The notes beneath the pieces are model-generated. The model was not told the origin of the DNA. It searched no databases and saw only the letters and a program-made list of their open reading frames with translations. From an uncultured virus (IMG/VR IMGVR_UViG_2585427635_000006) (Duplodnaviria; Heunggongvirae; Uroviricota; Caudoviricetes), in the IMG/VR virus record IMGVR_UViG_2585427635_000006: 21,666 bases of DNA; one strand, written 5' to 3'. Below are positions 18,012 to 21,666 of the stretch, piece by piece; positions within the stretch are counted from its first letter, which is position 1; each line of letters begins with the position of its first letter. Position numbers and translations under genes: made by a program.

Positions 18012-18317
18012 TTAACTCATAGAGGAAGGTGTGAATGACATCCGTAAACCAAGCGCTTTAGCCACTTTTAAGATGGTTGAGAAGCTTGGGTTGCCGTCGT
18101 TAGAGAGTGCCTTGTCTAGTCCTTGCCTGGACATGCCAACGTCACGAGCCAGCTGACTTAAATTACGAGCACGAGCGACGGCACCAAGTGCCCGTGCAAT
18201 AAAAGCAGGATTATCCCTACCACCTTCTTCCATGACGGCTTCCATATAAGCCGCAATATCTTCTTCGGTTTTGAGATAGTCAGCGGTGTCGTATCGACTA
18301 AAAGTCTCATTATTCAT
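18012..18317 (-). CDS. Addiction-module antidote (HI1420-like HTH antitoxin)
   Basis: 101 aa. Motifs DTADYLKTEEDIAAY, ALGAVARAR, SQLARDVGMSRQGL and GNPSFSTILKV. Confidence 0.9.
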   Translation of the reverse strand: MNNETFSRYDTADYLKTEEDIAAYMEAVMEEGGRDNPAFIARALGAVARARNLSQLARDVGMSRQGLDKALSNDGNPSFSTILKVAKALGLRMSFTPSSMS

Positions 18318-18320
18318 GGT

Positions 18321-18617
18321 CTAATCCTTCCACAGTGCAGCCAGTGCCTTAGCCTGCTCTATATCTCGTACTTGTGACGATTTATCGCCACCGCAAAGTA
18401 AGAGAATCAGTACTGCACCATGCTTCATAAAATAGATCCGATATCCGGGCCCATGGTCGATCCTCATTTCTGATATGCCAGCACCCACAGGCTTCACGTC
18501 GCCGGGATTGCCAAGTGCGAGCCGATCAAGACGCGCTTGAATTCTGGCGGCTGCTTTGCGGTCACGTAAGCTGTTTATCCAAGCATCAAAAGTGCTGGTT
18601 TTGATGAGTTCGACCAT
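18321..18617 (-). CDS. Addiction-module killer, RelE/ParE-type toxin (HI1419-like)
   Basis: ATG at 18617. Motifs GNPGDVKPVG, SEMRIDHGPGYRIYF and LLCGGDKSSQ. Confidence 0.9.
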   Translation of the reverse strand: MVELIKTSTFDAWINSLRDRKAAARIQARLDRLALGNPGDVKPVGAGISEMRIDHGPGYRIYFMKHGAVLILLLCGGDKSSQVRDIEQAKALAALWKD

Positions 18618-18618
18618 G

Positions 18619-18664
18619 TGCAAACTATAGTTTGCATGTCGTTAAGTATCAACCACAGTTGATA
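18619..18664 (-). promoter_or_regulatory. Sigma70 promoter with two 18-bp operator palindromes for the HI1419/HI1420-like module
   Basis: Minus-strand TTGATA (18652-18647), 17 nt, TATAGT (18629-18624). Palindromes TGCAAACTATAGTTTGCA (18619-18636) and TATCAAC-CACA-GTTGATA (18647-18664) overlap the -10 and -35. Confidence 0.8.
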
Positions 18665-18715
18665 ATGCAAATGAAATGAACGACCACACCCGCCACCTTG
18701 GCGATTGAGTAAACC

Positions 18716-19861
18716 ATGGGAAAAGTCACCACCACCGGATACGAAGCCGAGCGGCTGGACACGATCATTGCCCGCTTGCAAGAAGGCTTCCGCTCCATTT
18801 ACGGCAACGATATCAACGTTGATCCAGACAGCCCTGATGGACAGTTGATTGGCCTGATTGCACAGATCAAAGCCGATCTGGAAGAACTGGGCACGGACAT
18901 CCACCGGCAACTGGACCCGGATTACGCCAGTGGCGCATGGCTAGAACAACGCGTGGCCTATGCGGGCCTCACCCGCAGGCGAGCCAGCTACAGCTACTTA
19001 CGCAATGTCACTTTGACCGGCACACCCGATGCCTCGATCCCGGCAGGGTATGTTGTTTCAGATCCCAATCGCTGCCGCTGGCAGCTCGTGTCACCCGTGC
19101 GCCTGGATGCCACTGGCCACGCATATGCAGACTTTCGCAGTGATACCTTAGGCCGTTTTGACGTCCCAGCACACACCGCCCTGACCATTGAAACCGTGGC
19201 CCTGGGCTGGGACTCGGCCCTCACGACCGAGGACGCCGAAGCAGGGGCAGAAGAAGAGTCCGATGCGGCGCTGCGCGCCCGCTTCTTTAAAAGTCGCGCC
19301 AAGACATCCACCAACAATGCTGACAGCATCCAGGCCACGCTCTGGGGGCTGCCCGACGTGCGCCACGTCGTCTGCTTAGAAAACTTCACCGATACCGTGG
19401 ATGCTGCGGGAGTCCCCGCCCACGGCATTAACGTCATTGTGGAGGGGGGCCGGGATGACGCCATTGCTGAAGTGATCTATCACCATAAAACACTCGGTAC
19501 AAACATGCGTGGCGCGGTACGGGTACAGATTAAAAACAAACACGGCCAACCTAGAGAGATCTATTTTGACCGTCCAACGATGGTCCGTTGCGCCGCCCGC
19601 ATCGAAGTAGAGCGCGATAGCAGCACGTCCGGTATTGATACCCATGCGATCAAACAGGCATTGGCCGAGCGCTCCTTTCTGATTGGCGAGCACGTCCACC
19701 GCAGCCGACTGTATACCCAAATTAATCGCGTCCCAGGCTTTTGGGTGACATCGCTGATGATCGGTCAAGCAGGCCAAGCGTTGTCTGAGCAGAATATTCC
19801 TATCGACGTGAGAAGCATGGCGCGCTTTGCAATGAATGATCTACAGGTCATCGTGCGATGA
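18716..19861 (+). CDS. Baseplate J / gp47 family wedge protein
   Basis: 381 aa. Motifs PDSPDGQLIG, ASGAWLE, G.EEESDAALRAR, ENFT and VEGG. Confidence 0.9.
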   Translation: MGKVTTTGYEAERLDTIIARLQEGFRSIYGNDINVDPDSPDGQLIGLIAQIKADLEELGTDIHRQLDPDYASGAWLEQRVAYAGLTRRRASYSYLRNVTLTGTPDASIPAGYVVSDPNRCRWQLVSPVRLDATGHAYADFRSDTLGRFDVPAHTALTIETVALGWDSALTTEDAEAGAEEESDAALRARFFKSRAKTSTNNADSIQATLWGLPDVRHVVCLENFTDTVDAAGVPAHGINVIVEGGRDDAIAEVIYHHKTLGTNMRGAVRVQIKNKHGQPREIYFDRPTMVRCAARIEVERDSSTSGIDTHAIKQALAERSFLIGEHVHRSRLYTQINRVPGFWVTSLMIGQAGQALSEQNIPIDVRSMARFAMNDLQVIVR

Positions 19862-20418
19862 GCTACGCGGACCTGTTGATCTGGCAGTACAAGGGCCACC
19901 CCAGGGCCACCGCCACCGCTGCATTGATCAGCGATACCTTCGGCACCACCTGGAACGGCTTAGCCGATCTGCGCCAGACATTGGATATCGAACGCGCCAC
20001 CGGAACACACCTTGACCTCATCGGCCAGCATGTCGGTCAATCCCGTATCTTATCCAGTGAACGCACCCCCGTACGGCACGATCTGAGCTTGGACGATGCA
20101 GCGTACCGCTTTCTCATCAAGTGCCGCATTGCCAAAAATCACATGACCGGCACCGCGCCCAATATGGAGGAAGTCCTGGACTTTATCTTTCCCGGCAGCG
20201 CCGCAGTGCTGGACCACTACGACATGAGCTATACCGTGTTTGTCAGTACTGCAATGATTTCAGACGTCATCGGCCATGCCATCACCGTGCTGGACATTTT
20301 GCCTCGTCCAGCAGGCGTGCGGGTTCGCTACAACCTTGTGACACATCTGCCCTTCGGATACGAGCGCAGCAACCGTAACTACACACACGGCACCTTTGGC
20401 GACCCACCCGAGCGATAA
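19858..20418 (+). CDS. Baseplate wedge protein (DUF2612-like, gpI analogue)
   Basis: 186 aa. Motifs LLIWQY, ATGTHLDLIGQHVG, LDDAAYR and ILPRPAGV. Confidence 0.85.
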   Translation: MSYADLLIWQYKGHPRATATAALISDTFGTTWNGLADLRQTLDIERATGTHLDLIGQHVGQSRILSSERTPVRHDLSLDDAAYRFLIKCRIAKNHMTGTAPNMEEVLDFIFPGSAAVLDHYDMSYTVFVSTAMISDVIGHAITVLDILPRPAGVRVRYNLVTHLPFGYERSNRNYTHGTFGDPPER

Positions 20419-20421
20419 CCC

Positions 20422-21666
20422 ATGACAGAACACTACTTCCGTACCCCCTTTGCCCACCAAGGGGACATGATCCACGTGCCCGAAGCCAAAGACAGTCACG
20501 GCTTTGTCAGCTACACCCAAGGATGGGGGCCGGACTATCAAAAAGATTTAACTAAGGAGCCGACGGCTAAACCCGTAGAACGCACCGTCATGAATGCCGT
20601 GCTGCACGCCATCACCACGGTGCTTAAAGGCTACCAGGAATACGGCAGCCCTGAATTCATCACCGCCGAACAGAATAACGGCACGCCATTTTCATACATG
20701 CGTGGGGTGATCGTCCGATACCGCCCGGATCACGCAAGCCGTTACGGGCTGTATCTGTCCACGGCTGACAACAACACCGATACACCGCTACAGAATGAAC
20801 CCAACCGCTGGACGGCACTCTCCAGGTACGAGCCTGGACAGATTGTCTACACCGCAGGTAAACGCGCCTTACCCGGCACCCTGCTGTGTGATGGCCGCGC
20901 TGTATCGCGTGCCATGTACCCACGCCTGTTTGAGGAAATCAACACCAGTTATGGTGCCGGTGATGGTGTCAGCACCTTCAACATTCCCAATTTTCTTGAA
21001 GGCACCGTCGGCGTTCACACCGCCGACCCTGCCTTGGTCGGCACCTTCACCAGCGGGCAGGTGATCTCCCATGCGCACACCGCGACGGCCGAGGAGGGCG
21101 GTACGCATACCCATCCGGTCACAGTCCATCCCGCAGGCCGCCATACACACCCTGCCAGCGCAGCAGCGGCGGGCAATCATCTACACCAGGCATGGAGCGA
21201 CGAACAAGGATTGCACCAGCATACAGGCAGCACCTCTTGGGACGGTGACCACGCGCATATCTTGGGTTCTTTCAGAGCGATCTATGCCTCTGGAAGAGAC
21301 ATGGGTTTTTATGAGCAAAATCAAGGCAAAGTCACGACCAATGTCACTGGCGGGCATCTACACAGATTCACCACCGATGCAAACGGCAAGCATGCCCACA
21401 ACATCAGCATGCAGGCCGCAGGGTTTCATGTGCATGACATTGCTGTAACAGCAGAGGCAGATCATGCTCACGCGGCAACAGCCGAATCGGCGGGCAGGCA
21501 TGGCCACACTGTGTCCATTGATCGCTTTGGAGAACACCACAATCTGCCCGCTGGACTGCGCATTATGGCGTGTTTAGTCGTTTTGATTGATTATTGTTTA
21601 TTAAAGAACATTGATTATGAGGATGTTGCATCGTGGCTGGTGGGTGGCGGTCAATTGTATTTTTGA
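20422..21666 (+). CDS. Tail fibre protein with collar domain and HxH needle repeats; last ~30 codons atypical
   Basis: Collar motif PGQIV...LLCDGRAVSR..YPRLF..I...YGAGDG.STFNIPN and 11 HxH motifs in a 12-aa period. After 21573 the reading frame runs on through AT-rich DNA. Confidence 0.85.
   Translation: MTEHYFRTPFAHQGDMIHVPEAKDSHGFVSYTQGWGPDYQKDLTKEPTAKPVERTVMNAVLHAITTVLKGYQEYGSPEFITAEQNNGTPFSYMRGVIVRYRPDHASRYGLYLSTADNNTDTPLQNEPNRWTALSRYEPGQIVYTAGKRALPGTLLCDGRAVSRAMYPRLFEEINTSYGAGDGVSTFNIPNFLEGTVGVHTADPALVGTFTSGQVISHAHTATAEEGGTHTHPVTVHPAGRHTHPASAAAAGNHLHQAWSDEQGLHQHTGSTSWDGDHAHILGSFRAIYASGRDMGFYEQNQGKVTTNVTGGHLHRFTTDANGKHAHNISMQAAGFHVHDIAVTAEADHAHAATAESAGRHGHTVSIDRFGEHHNLPAGLRIMACLVVLIDYCLLKNIDYEDVASWLVGGGQLYF

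Larger units (their letters stand above)
1..21573 (+). mobile_element. Prophage late (packaging, head, contractile tail) region
   Basis: Continuous, translationally coupled series of phage structural genes. No integrase or att site lies in the window, so the boundaries are not defined. Confidence 0.9.

Noticed and set aside
21070..21507. 36-bp periodicity as a CRISPR array or DGR template/variable repeat
   Set aside because: The repeats are conserved at the protein level only, and there are no identical DNA repeats, cas genes or reverse transcriptase in the window.
9856..21666. Tailocin, T6SS or eCIS interpretation of the contractile tail genes
   Set aside because: Terminase, portal, protease and capsid genes are present and intact in the same operon, so this is a phage morphogenesis region.

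Overview
This window is the virion-morphogenesis (late) operon of a contractile-tailed (myovirus-type) prophage, all on the + strand. It runs from the 3' end of a probable Rz1/LysC-like spanin through small and large terminase, portal, head morphogenesis protein, prohead protease with a nested scaffold, capsid cement, major capsid, head-tail connectors, sheath, tube, tail assembly chaperone (with a -1 frameshift site), tape measure, baseplate proteins and spike, to a His-rich tail fibre. Gene content and style resemble Xylella fastidiosa prophages (my recognition, not a database result). The most unusual feature is three different, intact type II toxin-antitoxin cassettes (HigBA-like, VapBC, HI1419/HI1420-like RelE pair). 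Each sits antisense at a junction between structural genes and has its own palindromic operator(s). Two share a near-identical junction geometry (TGA-GGGGATnnnC-TTA), one is bracketed by imperfect inverted repeats that could pair the upstream stop with the downstream start, and two toxins look leaderless. Family names come from motif recognition and synteny; no searches were run.
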